DNA of 64,000 nt, taken from NCBI GenBank assembly GCA_045107005.1, contig JBGCFP010000003.1, positions 4,164-68,163 on the forward strand, written 5' to 3'. Position 1 is the first letter of the stretch. Every line of letters starts with the position of its first letter. This document shows positions 9,990 to 19,286 of the stretch, piece after piece. The translations under genes were made by a program, and so were the position numbers. Source of the stretch: Gammaproteobacteria bacterium. GTDB taxonomy: Bacteria; Pseudomonadota; Gammaproteobacteria; Steroidobacterales; JBCCMA01. Under the pieces are notes generated by a model, which had not been told where the DNA came from, ran no database searches, and worked only from the letters and a program-made list of their open reading frames with translations.

Positions 9990-10277
9990 ATGTCGGCTGT
10001 GATCTACCTGGTGATTGAACATTTCCACGAAGGTGCCGCGCGCAAAGCGTACGAGCGCGCGATTCGCGATGGCCGGGGTTTGCCCGAGGGTCTGGAATAC
10101 ATCGACAGCTGGGTGGATCTCGATTACTCGCGTTGCTTCCAGCTGATGCGCACCGAGGACCAGGATTTGCTGGCTCACTGGCAGCAGGGCTGGACCGATC
10201 TGATTCGCTTCGAAGTCATTCCGGTGCAGACGTCGCAAGAGGCGTATCAGCATTTCGGGCGTGGCGCCAAACGCTGA
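9990..10277 (+). CDS. DUF3303-like small protein
   Basis: The YLVIEHF ... GLEYIDSWVDLDYSRCFQLM ... FEVIPV pattern matches my recollection of DUF3303. The true start may be the GTG at 9999, which has better spacing to AAGGA. Confidence 0.6.
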   Translation: MSAVIYLVIEHFHEGAARKAYERAIRDGRGLPEGLEYIDSWVDLDYSRCFQLMRTEDQDLLAHWQQGWTDLIRFEVIPVQTSQEAYQHFGRGAKR

Positions 10278-10385
10278 ATCTGATAATTTCACGCGGCACC
10301 ACTTCACAATAAGAAGCCGCAACAATCTCCGGCATGCCAAGGGGTCGTAAGGGTGTCCGGTGTCATTTATGAGTTGGAGAGATCT

Positions 10386-12473
10386 ATGCTTCGTTACGTT
10401 TTCCCTGTCGCTGCGTTCGCGCTAATCGCGAGCGCGTCGACGACCGCTTTTGCTGCTGATCACGAGCACCGCCTGTTCAGCGCTGACGACGTCTTTGCCC
10501 TGGAATGGGCACGCGACCCCCAGCTCGATCCTGCGGGTCGGCGCATTGCCTACGCACGCACCGGTTACGACAAAAACAACGACCGCGCCCGCGCCAGCAT
10601 CTGGCTGGTGGACGCTATCGGCGGTGCGCATCGGCCACTGATTACCGGCCCCGGTAGCTATTCGTCGGCACGCTGGTCGCCCGACGGCCAGCGCATGGCG
10701 TATTTGGCGCGGGTTGAAGGCGGCGCGCAGTTGCGCATTCGCTATCTGGATGACGGCGCCGACTTTGAAGTCGCGCAGCTGCTTGAGTCGCCCAGTGGTC
10801 TGGTTTGGTCACCCGACGGCAAGCGTTTGGCGTTCTCGATGTTCGTGCCCGGCGAAGCGCCCAGTTTTGCCGAGGCGCCCAAAGCGCCGAAAGATTCGAA
10901 ATGGGCGGAGCCCGTGCGCGTGTTTGACGATCTGACCTACCGTTTCGACGGCGCCGGTTGGCTCGAGGAAGGTGCAGAGCATGTGTTTATCGTATCCACC
11001 GATGGCGGTGTGCCGCGCCAACTGACCGACGGCGAAAACGACTTCGCGTCGCCCGCCTGGCTCAACGACGACACGCTGCTGGTCGTCGGCAACGATGTGG
11101 AAGACCCGGGTCTGGATCCCATCGAGTCAGACATCTACTCCGTGGATGTTGTGAGCGGCGAACGACAGGCGCTGACCTCGCGCGACGGACCGGATTCGGG
11201 GCCCGTCGCAGACGCCAAAGGTGAACGCGTTGCGTACCTGGGTTTTGACGATGCCCTCAAGGCTTATCAGCAATCCGATCTTTACGTGATGCAAGCCGAC
11301 GGTAGTGAGCCTAAAAATCTGACCGACGAGTTTGATCACCCGGTCAGCGATCCTCGCTGGTCTTCAGACGGACAGTCGATTTTCGTGACCGCTGAGTACA
11401 AAGGGCACACCGCACTGGTCGAAGTGGGTATCGACGGTTCGGCGGCGGTGCTGGTTGAAGATCTGGGCGGTACGAGCATGGGCCGTCCTTACGCCTCTGG
11501 CAGCTTTTCGTTGGGCGGTGGCGGTCGGTCGCAGCGCATCGCGTACACGCAGTCGCGCCCGGGTCGCCCCGCCGATGTCGCCATCGTCGAAGTCAGCGGC
11601 AAAACGCGCACGCTGACGGATTTGAATACGGACGCCCTGGCGCATATCGATTTGGCGCAGCTCGAAGAGCTCGAAGTGAAGTCGAGTCACGATGAGCGCG
11701 CCATCGAAGCGTGGGTGGCCAAGCCGCCGGGATTCAAGGCCGACGCATCGATGCCGTTGCTGCTCGAGATTCACGGCGGACCGTTTGCGATGTATGGCCC
11801 TACGTTCGCTGCCGAAATTCAGCGGTATGCGGCCGAAGGCTACGTGACCGTCTACGTCAATCCGCGCGGCTCGACGGGGTACGGCGAAGAGTTTGCCCAG
11901 CTCATTGATCTAAATTATCCGGGTGAAGACTACGATGATCTGATGAGCGTGGTGGACGCTCTGATCGAACGCCGCTACGTCGACCCGGAGCGATTGTTCG
12001 TTACCGGTGGTTCGGGCGGCGGCGTGCTGACGGCCTGGATCGTGGGCAAGACCGAACGGTTTGCCGCAGCAGCCACGATCAAGCCGGTCATCAACTGGAC
12101 GACCATGGCGCTCACCGGGGATATCGCGGCGTTCGTCGGTCGTCACTGGCTGCGAGCGCAGCCGTGGGAGGACCCGGAACTCTATTGGCGCCTGTCGCCG
12201 ATTTCGTTGGTCGGCAACGTCAAGACCCCGACGCTGGTGATGGTCGGGGAAGAAGATTACCGCACGCCGACCTGGGAAGCGGAGCAGTTTTACGGGGCAT
12301 TGAAGCTACAGAAAGTGCCGTCAGCGCTGATCCGGGTGCCGGGCGCGTCGCACTCGATCGCATCGCGTCCGTCACAGCTAATTGCCAAGACCGACAACAT
12401 TATCGGGTGGTTCAGGAAATTTGATCGCGCGGCGGCGTCTGAGAGCGCCGCGGCGCCCACCAGCGTGCGGTGA
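10386..12473 (+). CDS. S9 family serine peptidase (prolyl oligopeptidase / acylaminoacyl-peptidase type), secreted
   Basis: Signal peptide. N-terminal beta-propeller-like region (WSPDG repeats). C-terminal alpha/beta hydrolase with GGSGGG nucleophile elbow, GEEDYRTP and a late His. ATG at 10386 has GGAGA upstream. Confidence 0.85.
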   Translation: MLRYVFPVAAFALIASASTTAFAADHEHRLFSADDVFALEWARDPQLDPAGRRIAYARTGYDKNNDRARASIWLVDAIGGAHRPLITGPGSYSSARWSPDGQRMAYLARVEGGAQLRIRYLDDGADFEVAQLLESPSGLVWSPDGKRLAFSMFVPGEAPSFAEAPKAPKDSKWAEPVRVFDDLTYRFDGAGWLEEGAEHVFIVSTDGGVPRQLTDGENDFASPAWLNDDTLLVVGNDVEDPGLDPIESDIYSVDVVSGERQALTSRDGPDSGPVADAKGERVAYLGFDDALKAYQQSDLYVMQADGSEPKNLTDEFDHPVSDPRWSSDGQSIFVTAEYKGHTALVEVGIDGSAAVLVEDLGGTSMGRPYASGSFSLGGGGRSQRIAYTQSRPGRPADVAIVEVSGKTRTLTDLNTDALAHIDLAQLEELEVKSSHDERAIEAWVAKPPGFKADASMPLLLEIHGGPFAMYGPTFAAEIQRYAAEGYVTVYVNPRGSTGYGEEFAQLIDLNYPGEDYDDLMSVVDALIERRYVDPERLFVTGGSGGGVLTAWIVGKTERFAAAATIKPVINWTTMALTGDIAAFVGRHWLRAQPWEDPELYWRLSPISLVGNVKTPTLVMVGEEDYRTPTWEAEQFYGALKLQKVPSALIRVPGASHSIASRPSQLIAKTDNIIGWFRKFDRAAASESAAAPTSVR

Positions 12474-12542
12474 CAGGTGTGGTTGCACGTGATCTGAATT
12501 TTTGTAAGCTGGCGACTCAGATGTTGCCAATGGGAGATCGAC

Positions 12543-13040
12543 ATGAACAGAATTTTTAGCGTGGTTTTCGGTTGGGTAGCAATGATGCTGGCCGTTGCTG
12601 ATGCGGCGGGCGACGTCGTTCGATTGTCCGAACCGGTTAGCGAGACGGCGACGCATGAGGTTTTTGGTGCGCCGATGCCCGAGGCATCCGAGGCCCGTTC
12701 TCTGGGTGCACTGGTCGCGAATTCAGAGGCGTACATTGACAAGGATGTTGTGGTCGATACGCGCATCGCCAAAGTTTGCCAGAAAAAGGGCTGTTTTTTC
12801 GTGGCCACCGACGGTGCGACCACGGCGCGGGTGACGTTCAAGGACTACGGCTTTTTCATCCCGACGGACGCTGGTGGTAAAGAGGTGTCATTGGCAGGCA
12901 CGTTCAGCCGCAAGGCGTTGAGCAAGAAAGACGCCGCCCACTATGCCAGCGATCTTGGCGACGATGCCCCGGCGACCGATGCGCCGAAATTCGAATACGT
13001 GATTGTGGCGTCGTCGATTCGAATTCCCAAGACGTTTTGA
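12543..13040 (+). CDS. DUF4920-like secreted protein
   Basis: Signal peptide and a CQKKGCFF motif followed by ARVTFKDYGFFIP. Recalled DUF4920 pattern. Confidence 0.65.
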   Translation: MNRIFSVVFGWVAMMLAVADAAGDVVRLSEPVSETATHEVFGAPMPEASEARSLGALVANSEAYIDKDVVVDTRIAKVCQKKGCFFVATDGATTARVTFKDYGFFIPTDAGGKEVSLAGTFSRKALSKKDAAHYASDLGDDAPATDAPKFEYVIVASSIRIPKTF

Positions 13041-13044
13041 GTAG

Positions 13045-13072
13045 AAGGCGCGGGGCTTGTGCCTCGCGCCTT
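13045..13072. terminator. Hairpin between convergent genes (possible bidirectional terminator)
   Basis: AAGGCGCG..GGC-ttgt-GCC..CGCGCCTT stem-loop in the 40-bp gap between the 13040 (+) and 13081 (-) gene ends. Confidence 0.45.
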
Positions 13073-13080
13073 CGGACCCG

Positions 13081-15615
13081 TTAGTCGACCGTGACGCATT
13101 CGGCGGGCGGTGTCGGTCCGTCGGGCACGCAATCCGTGCGAGTGCCGTACGACCAGCCTGAACCGCCACGGCCAATGTAGACAGTGCCGAACTCCTCTTT
13201 GCTGGCATCAATGGCCCGAATCGAGTCGAGGCTGGACGCCGGGAAGGTTGCGATCCGAGAGAAATTCGCCCCGTTGTTCACCGAGCGCCAGATTCCGTAT
13301 TGGCCGGCGTTCAGGCCGGCGGCGTAGATTGTCGCGTAGTTGTTGCCCGGCGCCGGTTTGCCAAAACCGATGGCCGAGACCCTGGTCAACGTGCCCACCG
13401 TTGTCCAGGTCGCGCCGCCGTCTACGCTGCGCAGCAACGGCGCATCAATGCCGTTGAGCGGACCGGCGCTGAAAAACAAGTGGCCCGCTTCACCGGGTAC
13501 GGAGCGCAACTGCGCGTTGAAACGCGAGAACGGTGACAGCTCTCCATTAAAGCGCTGGGTCCAGGTTTGCCCGCCGTCGACAGTGCGCCACAGCCCGGCC
13601 GAGATAGCCGCATCGGTGCTGCCGCTGTGATAGTAGTAAAACGTGGCGCCCAACACGCGATCCGCGGCCAGATGTTTGCGGTCGAGGAAGTTCGCAAAGT
13701 GCGAACCGGGCGCCGCGGCAAATTCCCCGGGCAGCACAACTCGCGACCAAGTGACACCGCGATCCAGAGTGTAAAAAGGCGAGCGATTGAACGTGGGTGC
13801 CCAGACGATGTTGTCCGGGTCGTCAGCAGCCACCGCGATGCTGCCGAAACTCATACGCCAGGGATCGTTCGCGTCGGCCTGGGGCGGTGTGGGCAACGTG
13901 GCGAATTTCGTCCACGTGCGTCCACCGTCCTCGCTATAGCCCGCCTGCACCGCATCGCCGTCGGCCGAACAGCAGAAGCGATGATCGCTGGTGTTTGAGA
14001 TGACGAAGCCGCTCTGCGCCGGTGTCCATTCGAGTTGCCAGGTGCTGTTGAATCGGCGTGACGGGCCGTGAGTGAGTGGGAAAACCTCTGGGTCTTCGGA
14101 CACGCGCAAACCAAAGTCCCACCCGCCGAGTATGGGTTTTTGACCGGGCGGCACGATGACGTCGTTGGCCACCAGTTGTTCGATGCCGCGCGATTGCACG
14201 GTCCAGTCCACCGAGTTCGCACTGTCGGTCACGTCGGCGAACCAGAACCCGATGCCGTTGGTCAGCAGCAGCCGATTGGGGACCACCGGGTCAAACTGAA
14301 CGTTGGAGACGGAGAAAAAGTTGTCGCTGATCCACGTTAGCCAGGGTGATTCGCCGGGCTGAGTATTGGCACTGCGGGCCAACTCGATGAAGGTTTCGCC
14401 GCCGTCCACGCTGCGGGCGTTGTCGCCGTTGATATTGAATACATAGAGCGCGTCGGTTGTTGGATTGACCGCAACGCTGCCGTATTCGAACGGCCGTGAT
14501 GGCAGTCGATCGGTGAGCTCAGTCCATGCGCCGCTGGCGTAACGCCATACGCCGTCGAGACCGGCAATAAACAAGCTCCCGTCGCTGTCAAAGCTGCCGT
14601 CACGGGCACTGACCGGTGCGTCGCCGGCGCCGTTCGGCAGAGGACTAAACGTCTGGCCTCCGTCGACGCTGCGAAAAAAGCCGTTGCCAAATGACATGGC
14701 GTAGAGCGTTTGCGAATTCGACGGCACTCCGAAAACCAGAACGTCTGCGCTTTGAATGCCGTCGGTCAAGGCATCCTGATCGACCGGCAGCGGTAGTCCG
14801 CTCGCCGTCGACCAGTTGGCGCCACCGTCTGTGGTGCGCAGCAGGCCGTCACGCACCGTGCCGAACCACACGGTATCGGGATCGGTGGGGCTGACGCGCA
14901 GGATCGGGTTCCACTGGCGATAATCATCATTGGGCTCCATGTAAATGCCCTCCAGTGCCGTGCGTTGCCACGAGTCGCCGCGGTCGTCCGTGCGATACAC
15001 CCGTCCGGCCAGAGCCATATAGATTCGGTTCGCGTCGGACGGTGCGACGGCAATAGCTTCCACGCCGACATCGAGCACTTCTGGGACCAGGTCCGCCGCG
15101 GGCATTGAACGGGTGCTCACGATCAGCGACCAGATGCCGTTGTCGAGTCGATACGCGCCGTAAGTATCAGCGCGCACGACGCGCGTGCTACCCGTGGCAT
15201 CGGCGCTGAAGCCTGTCAACATCCCGCCGGCACCGACTTGCACGGGTCGCCACTCGAAGCGCTCGGTTTGCGCACCCGGTCCGGGTGCGGCAAAGAAGAA
15301 TTGGCGCAGGATGCCAAGATCGACCACGTTCACCACGCCGTCGCCGGTCAGATCGGCAACCGGGTCGTCGGAAAAGAAACGGCTGCGCAGGATGCCAAGA
15401 TCGACCACATTGATCGTGCCATTGTTATCCAGATCGGGGTCGCAACGGTTGCCGAAACCGTCGTTGTCCGCGTCGAGCTGAGAGGCATTGGCGAGAAATG
15501 CGCAGTTGTCGTTTTGGTCATCGAAGCCGTCGCCATCGCTGTCCGCCGCAAAGCACGAGGGCGCGCAAAAGAAACCAAGCGCCATCCACGCGGTCCACTG
15601 AGTAGCTGAAATCAT
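13081..15615 (-). CDS. Secreted Asp-box (BNR) beta-propeller protein (sialidase/GH74/sortilin-like fold) with an N-terminal TSP3 + dockerin-like module
   Basis: At least 8 Asp-box motifs: DDRGDSWQ, TDGGANWS, VDGGQTFS, VDGGETF, EDGGRTWT, LDRGVTWS, VDGGQTWT, VDGGATWT. I chose the ATG at 15615 (MISATQW..CFA signal peptide, AGGGG RBS). Confidence 0.85.
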   Translation of the reverse strand: MISATQWTAWMALGFFCAPSCFAADSDGDGFDDQNDNCAFLANASQLDADNDGFGNRCDPDLDNNGTINVVDLGILRSRFFSDDPVADLTGDGVVNVVDLGILRQFFFAAPGPGAQTERFEWRPVQVGAGGMLTGFSADATGSTRVVRADTYGAYRLDNGIWSLIVSTRSMPAADLVPEVLDVGVEAIAVAPSDANRIYMALAGRVYRTDDRGDSWQRTALEGIYMEPNDDYRQWNPILRVSPTDPDTVWFGTVRDGLLRTTDGGANWSTASGLPLPVDQDALTDGIQSADVLVFGVPSNSQTLYAMSFGNGFFRSVDGGQTFSPLPNGAGDAPVSARDGSFDSDGSLFIAGLDGVWRYASGAWTELTDRLPSRPFEYGSVAVNPTTDALYVFNINGDNARSVDGGETFIELARSANTQPGESPWLTWISDNFFSVSNVQFDPVVPNRLLLTNGIGFWFADVTDSANSVDWTVQSRGIEQLVANDVIVPPGQKPILGGWDFGLRVSEDPEVFPLTHGPSRRFNSTWQLEWTPAQSGFVISNTSDHRFCCSADGDAVQAGYSEDGGRTWTKFATLPTPPQADANDPWRMSFGSIAVAADDPDNIVWAPTFNRSPFYTLDRGVTWSRVVLPGEFAAAPGSHFANFLDRKHLAADRVLGATFYYYHSGSTDAAISAGLWRTVDGGQTWTQRFNGELSPFSRFNAQLRSVPGEAGHLFFSAGPLNGIDAPLLRSVDGGATWTTVGTLTRVSAIGFGKPAPGNNYATIYAAGLNAGQYGIWRSVNNGANFSRIATFPASSLDSIRAIDASKEEFGTVYIGRGGSGWSYGTRTDCVPDGPTPPAECVTVD
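15274..15546 (-). repeat. TSP3 + dockerin-like module, copy 2 (N-terminal, directly after the signal peptide)
   Basis: ADSDGDGFDDQNDNC..DNDGFGNRCDPDLDNNGTINVVDLGILRSRFF..ADLTGDGVVNVVDLGILRQFFFAAPGPG. Confidence 0.85.
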
Positions 15616-15854
15616 CGGAAATACCCCTTGCGACCGTGCTGGTCGCGAAAATTTGACGGATTGGGGTAGATGCACGCCACGTTGTGCGCAGTGGCCGTTT
15701 CCCGGCTCATGTCGCGGAGTCTAGAGGGCGACAGGCGCGGCAATTGTATCCATTCGTTTCCAGACGACGTGATTCGTTAGACTGTGGTTTCTACGCGAGC
15801 GTAGACTTCACGGTGACGAGAAGAGATCGAGATCATCACCCAGGAGTAATGAAG

Positions 15855-16397
15855 ATGCGAGCATTGATACTTATGGCAGCGGCTTGGTTGGCAGCGCCGA
15901 CGTTTGCCTGCGAAAGCCCGCTATTGGACCAGGATTTTCGCAAACTGGCGTCAGAGGATTCGGTGAACCTGTGCAAGGAGTACGCGGGCAAAGTGGTACT
16001 CGTGGTCAACACCGCGTCGAAGTGTGGTAACACACCGCAGTATGACGGACTCGAGAAGTTGTACCAGGAATACGGTGAAGACGGCCTGGTTGTTTTGGGT
16101 TTTCCGAGCAACGATTTTTTCGGCCAGGAGCCGGGTACCGAGGACGAGGTCAAGGAATTTTGTCGCCTGACTTACGACATCAAGTTTCCGATGTTCGAGA
16201 AAGTGACCGTGAAGGAAGAGGCCGCGCATCCGTTTTTCAAGCGGCTTGCCTCCGCGTCGGGTACTTACCCAACGTGGAATTTTCACAAGTTTCTGATCGG
16301 GCGTGACGGCAAGTTGGTGAGCGAGTTCAGTCCGCGCACCAAGCCCTACGACAAGAAAGTGGTTGCCGCGATCAAAGGCGCGCTGGCCGATTCCTGA
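15855..16397 (+). CDS. Glutathione peroxidase, periplasmic (signal peptide)
   Basis: VVNTASKCGNTPQY active-site Cys, LGFPSNDF and WNFHKFL motifs. The start is at 15855 or 15849, with AGGAG at 15842-15846. Confidence 0.9.
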   Translation: MRALILMAAAWLAAPTFACESPLLDQDFRKLASEDSVNLCKEYAGKVVLVVNTASKCGNTPQYDGLEKLYQEYGEDGLVVLGFPSNDFFGQEPGTEDEVKEFCRLTYDIKFPMFEKVTVKEEAAHPFFKRLASASGTYPTWNFHKFLIGRDGKLVSEFSPRTKPYDKKVVAAIKGALADS

Positions 16398-16861
16398 TGC
16401 TCAAGCGCTGGCTGCAACAGCTCGGCGACGTGATGACGTCGCCAAGTACCGAAGCGGTTGATGCCCCGCAGCGCGAGCACGCGCTGCGGGTGGCGACTGC
16501 TGCACTGATGGTCGACGTCGCTCGCGCCGATCATCAGTTCGATGAAACCGAACTCGCGCTGATGCTGAAGTTGATGGCCGAACGCTTCGAACTCAGTGAC
16601 GACGAGACTCAAGCGCTTGCCAATACCGCGCAAGCGGCAGCGCAGGATGCTGTGTCGGTCTATGAATTCACCCAGCAGTTGCACGAGCATTTGAGCGACG
16701 ATGAAAAAGCGGCGATCGTTGGGCTACTGTGGCAGGTGGCCTACGCCGACGGACAACTCGACAAATATGAAAACTCGCTGGTGCTGAAAATCAGTGACCT
16801 GTTGTTTGTGTCGCGTGGGCTAGTGATGCGTCTCAAGCACGATGCGGCCAGCGCGGGCTAG
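16397..16861 (+). CDS. TerB family (tellurite-resistance-like) protein
   Basis: DHQFDETE ... LLWQVAYADGQLDKYE pattern of the TerB fold. TGATG overlap with gpx implies translational coupling. Confidence 0.7.
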   Translation: MLKRWLQQLGDVMTSPSTEAVDAPQREHALRVATAALMVDVARADHQFDETELALMLKLMAERFELSDDETQALANTAQAAAQDAVSVYEFTQQLHEHLSDDEKAAIVGLLWQVAYADGQLDKYENSLVLKISDLLFVSRGLVMRLKHDAASAG

Positions 16862-16863
16862 TC

Positions 16864-18861
16864 TCACTCAATCTCCACCCGAAACCGAAACTCCACCGTG
16901 CTGCCCGCTGCCATAGCGCCGCCGGGGGTGATTCGAATGGCGTCAACGGCGGCGTCGGCACCGCTCGACGGAGCGTACAGATAGGTCGAGCCACCGGTGT
17001 TGGAAAACGCCAGGTCACTCGCTACCAGCGTGAGACCGCTTGCCGGCGAATCGTCGACGAAACGCACCGACAGTCCGCCGGTCAGTGGGTCATTGATAAA
17101 GCTTGTGTTGTCCGGCAACACATCGGTAAGCGTCACCGTGCCACTGTCGATGCTCGCCGCACCGGGGTTGGTAATGGCGATGGTGTACTCGACGACGGCG
17201 CCGGGAAGCGCGTGCGCGTTGCCGGTTCCGACGATCGGATCGGAAATCACGCTTGCGGTTTTCGTGGCGACCAGGGGTTCACTGCATTCAAAGCCTGAAG
17301 ACACCCCGGGGATGTCCAGCTCGCTGATGCTGATGCGTTGGCCGCTGCTGCCGGCCGTCGCGCCATAGTTGGACGTAAACGGCGCCGGATTGCCGTCGGT
17401 CGTGCCCGGTGCGCCGCCCAGAACAGAGGTGCTCGTCGCGCTCAAAGCGGCGTTAAGGGCGGCTAAGCCACCACCGCCGCCGCCGCCGGGTCCGTGCGGT
17501 GAGCTGTTGCCATTGGTGCCGCCGTCACCGCCGCGCACGCGCACCGTGACGGACGCGCCGCTGGCGTCCGCCGCTGCCAGTAGCACAGCGCCGCCACCGC
17601 CGCCGCCGCCGCTGCCATCATTGCCGACGGTCTGATTGGCGGTCTCACCGTCAGCCAGAATTTCGCCGTTGCCCACCACGGTTGCCGCACGCACGATGAC
17701 CACTCCGCCACCGCGGGCGCCGCTGCTGGCCGGGCCACCTGCGGGTGTGCCGGTCGCGTTGTTTGTCGTGCCAGCGCCGCCGCCGCCACCGGGTACCAAA
17801 CGATCCACGCTCATGCTGGTCACGCCCGCGCCGCCGAAGCCACCGGTTTGCGCGCACACGGACGGTCCGCCCGGGCACCAGGCATAGCCCCCGACGCCAC
17901 CGTCGCCAAAACCGGCACCACCGCCACCACCGGTGTTTTGATCGTTGCTCGACGGGTTGCCATCGGTGCCACCACCGCCGGCGTTGCCCGGTGCGCCGCG
18001 GGCAAAGCTGCCGTTGGGATAGCCTTCAACCAGATTGTCGATGACGCTGCCGTTGTCGAACATCAATCGGGGGCTACCGGCAATGCCTTCGCCTTTGGCA
18101 CCGTTCGCGCCGTTGGAAAAGGGGGTTCGATAATCGGTGCTCGCGCCGCTGCCCGTGGTCGAGCTGCGTCCACCGCCACCGCGAAATCCGCTGGCGGAAA
18201 CGTCGATGCGTTGACCATTAAGATCAAGTGTGTCGGCGATGTCGAGCGCCACTACGCCACCGCTGCTGCCGTTCCAAACGGTTGCGGTCAGCGTGCCGGT
18301 CAGCGTGAGATTACTGAACTGAGGTACGCGCACCACCTGGAAACCGCGCTGTCCGCGAGTGCCAGTAGCGCTCTGCGTGCTGTAGTCGAACTGCGTTGGG
18401 GAAGCTAGCGTCAGTGTGCCGCCGCCAAGCCCAACGGCGTTCGTCGCACGGGCAAATTCGAAGCGGCCTGAGCGACGCAGATTGGTCGAGCCGCTGGCTG
18501 GGTCACCGCCTGCACCGTCGCCGTAGCTGCTGGTGTTGTCGCGATTGATGTTGGCGTCCTGCATCTGAATCACCAGAACCAGATCGCCCGCGCTGATGGT
18601 GGCGCTGGCACCGCGCGCGCTGCCAAGGGTTAGCGATGAGGTACCCGCTCCCGGGTTGGTAGTGCCGGGCCAGTAAGTATTGACGATGCCGGATAACGCG
18701 GCCGGGCCGTCGTTGCCGGGTATGCCGCACTGCTGCGCTTGGGCGACGCCACTAGTAATCAGCGCGCACGCCAGCGCGAACGCGTTGATCACGCGCGCGA
18801 GGACGCTGTGCCGCTGGCCTGATCCTTGGCCAAACGCAAGATGAATCAGCAGCTTGCACAT
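16864..18861 (-). CDS. Glycine-rich secreted/surface protein with a C-terminal DUF11-like repeat domain
   Basis: Signal-like INAFALACALITSGVAQA. Long poly-Gly-rich central region (GGGGGGG runs). C-terminal AVVEYTIAITNPG...TVTLTDVLP resembles the DUF11 conserved repeat. The start is uncertain: ATG at 18861 or GTG at 18891. Confidence 0.65.
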   Translation of the reverse strand: MCKLLIHLAFGQGSGQRHSVLARVINAFALACALITSGVAQAQQCGIPGNDGPAALSGIVNTYWPGTTNPGAGTSSLTLGSARGASATISAGDLVLVIQMQDANINRDNTSSYGDGAGGDPASGSTNLRRSGRFEFARATNAVGLGGGTLTLASPTQFDYSTQSATGTRGQRGFQVVRVPQFSNLTLTGTLTATVWNGSSGGVVALDIADTLDLNGQRIDVSASGFRGGGGRSSTTGSGASTDYRTPFSNGANGAKGEGIAGSPRLMFDNGSVIDNLVEGYPNGSFARGAPGNAGGGGTDGNPSSNDQNTGGGGGAGFGDGGVGGYAWCPGGPSVCAQTGGFGGAGVTSMSVDRLVPGGGGGAGTTNNATGTPAGGPASSGARGGGVVIVRAATVVGNGEILADGETANQTVGNDGSGGGGGGGAVLLAAADASGASVTVRVRGGDGGTNGNSSPHGPGGGGGGGLAALNAALSATSTSVLGGAPGTTDGNPAPFTSNYGATAGSSGQRISISELDIPGVSSGFECSEPLVATKTASVISDPIVGTGNAHALPGAVVEYTIAITNPGAASIDSGTVTLTDVLPDNTSFINDPLTGGLSVRFVDDSPASGLTLVASDLAFSNTGGSTYLYAPSSGADAAVDAIRITPGGAMAAGSTVEFRFRVEIE

Positions 18862-19286
18862 GACGTGAAGAATACGGAAGAAGGATTGCACGCGATGTTA
18901 AGTCAATCACAGCTCGAGCAACTCAGCGCAAAGAAGCGCGTTAATCGCGGTCAAAGTGGGTTATGACATAACGGCCTCGACGCGTGCGCATGCAACGTTC
19001 GCGCTTCCTCGCACCAGCGCTCGGCGTGGTTTAATTGCCGGGGAGTTCACGCTACCGGTCTGTCAGGACTTGAACGGTATCCAGCCCCAGACCGACTGCC
19101 ATTTTCCGTTGGGGTATCAGAAGTCGTTCTAAACCAGCTCACAACGGCATATTATGTAAGGCTATCTACCCGCCCGCCGGCTCACTGTCGGGTGGACGCC
19201 TGTCTACATTCTTTTCATGGGGACGTGCCGTGTTTTTGGATCTTGAGAAACAGTGGTCTGAGGTGTCGCAGATACCGCTGACAAAA

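Noticed and set aside
17467-17616. GCC/GGC triplet tracts as a non-coding microsatellite.
   Set aside because: They are in frame within a long ORF and encode poly-Gly runs. I kept them only as a possible source of in-frame length variation.
18892-19286. The 395-bp intergenic region upstream of the molybdoenzyme genes might hold a Moco riboswitch or small RNA.
   Set aside because: I could not identify conserved Moco-motif elements or a convincing structure by eye. A covariance-model search (Rfam) would be needed, so I make no claim.
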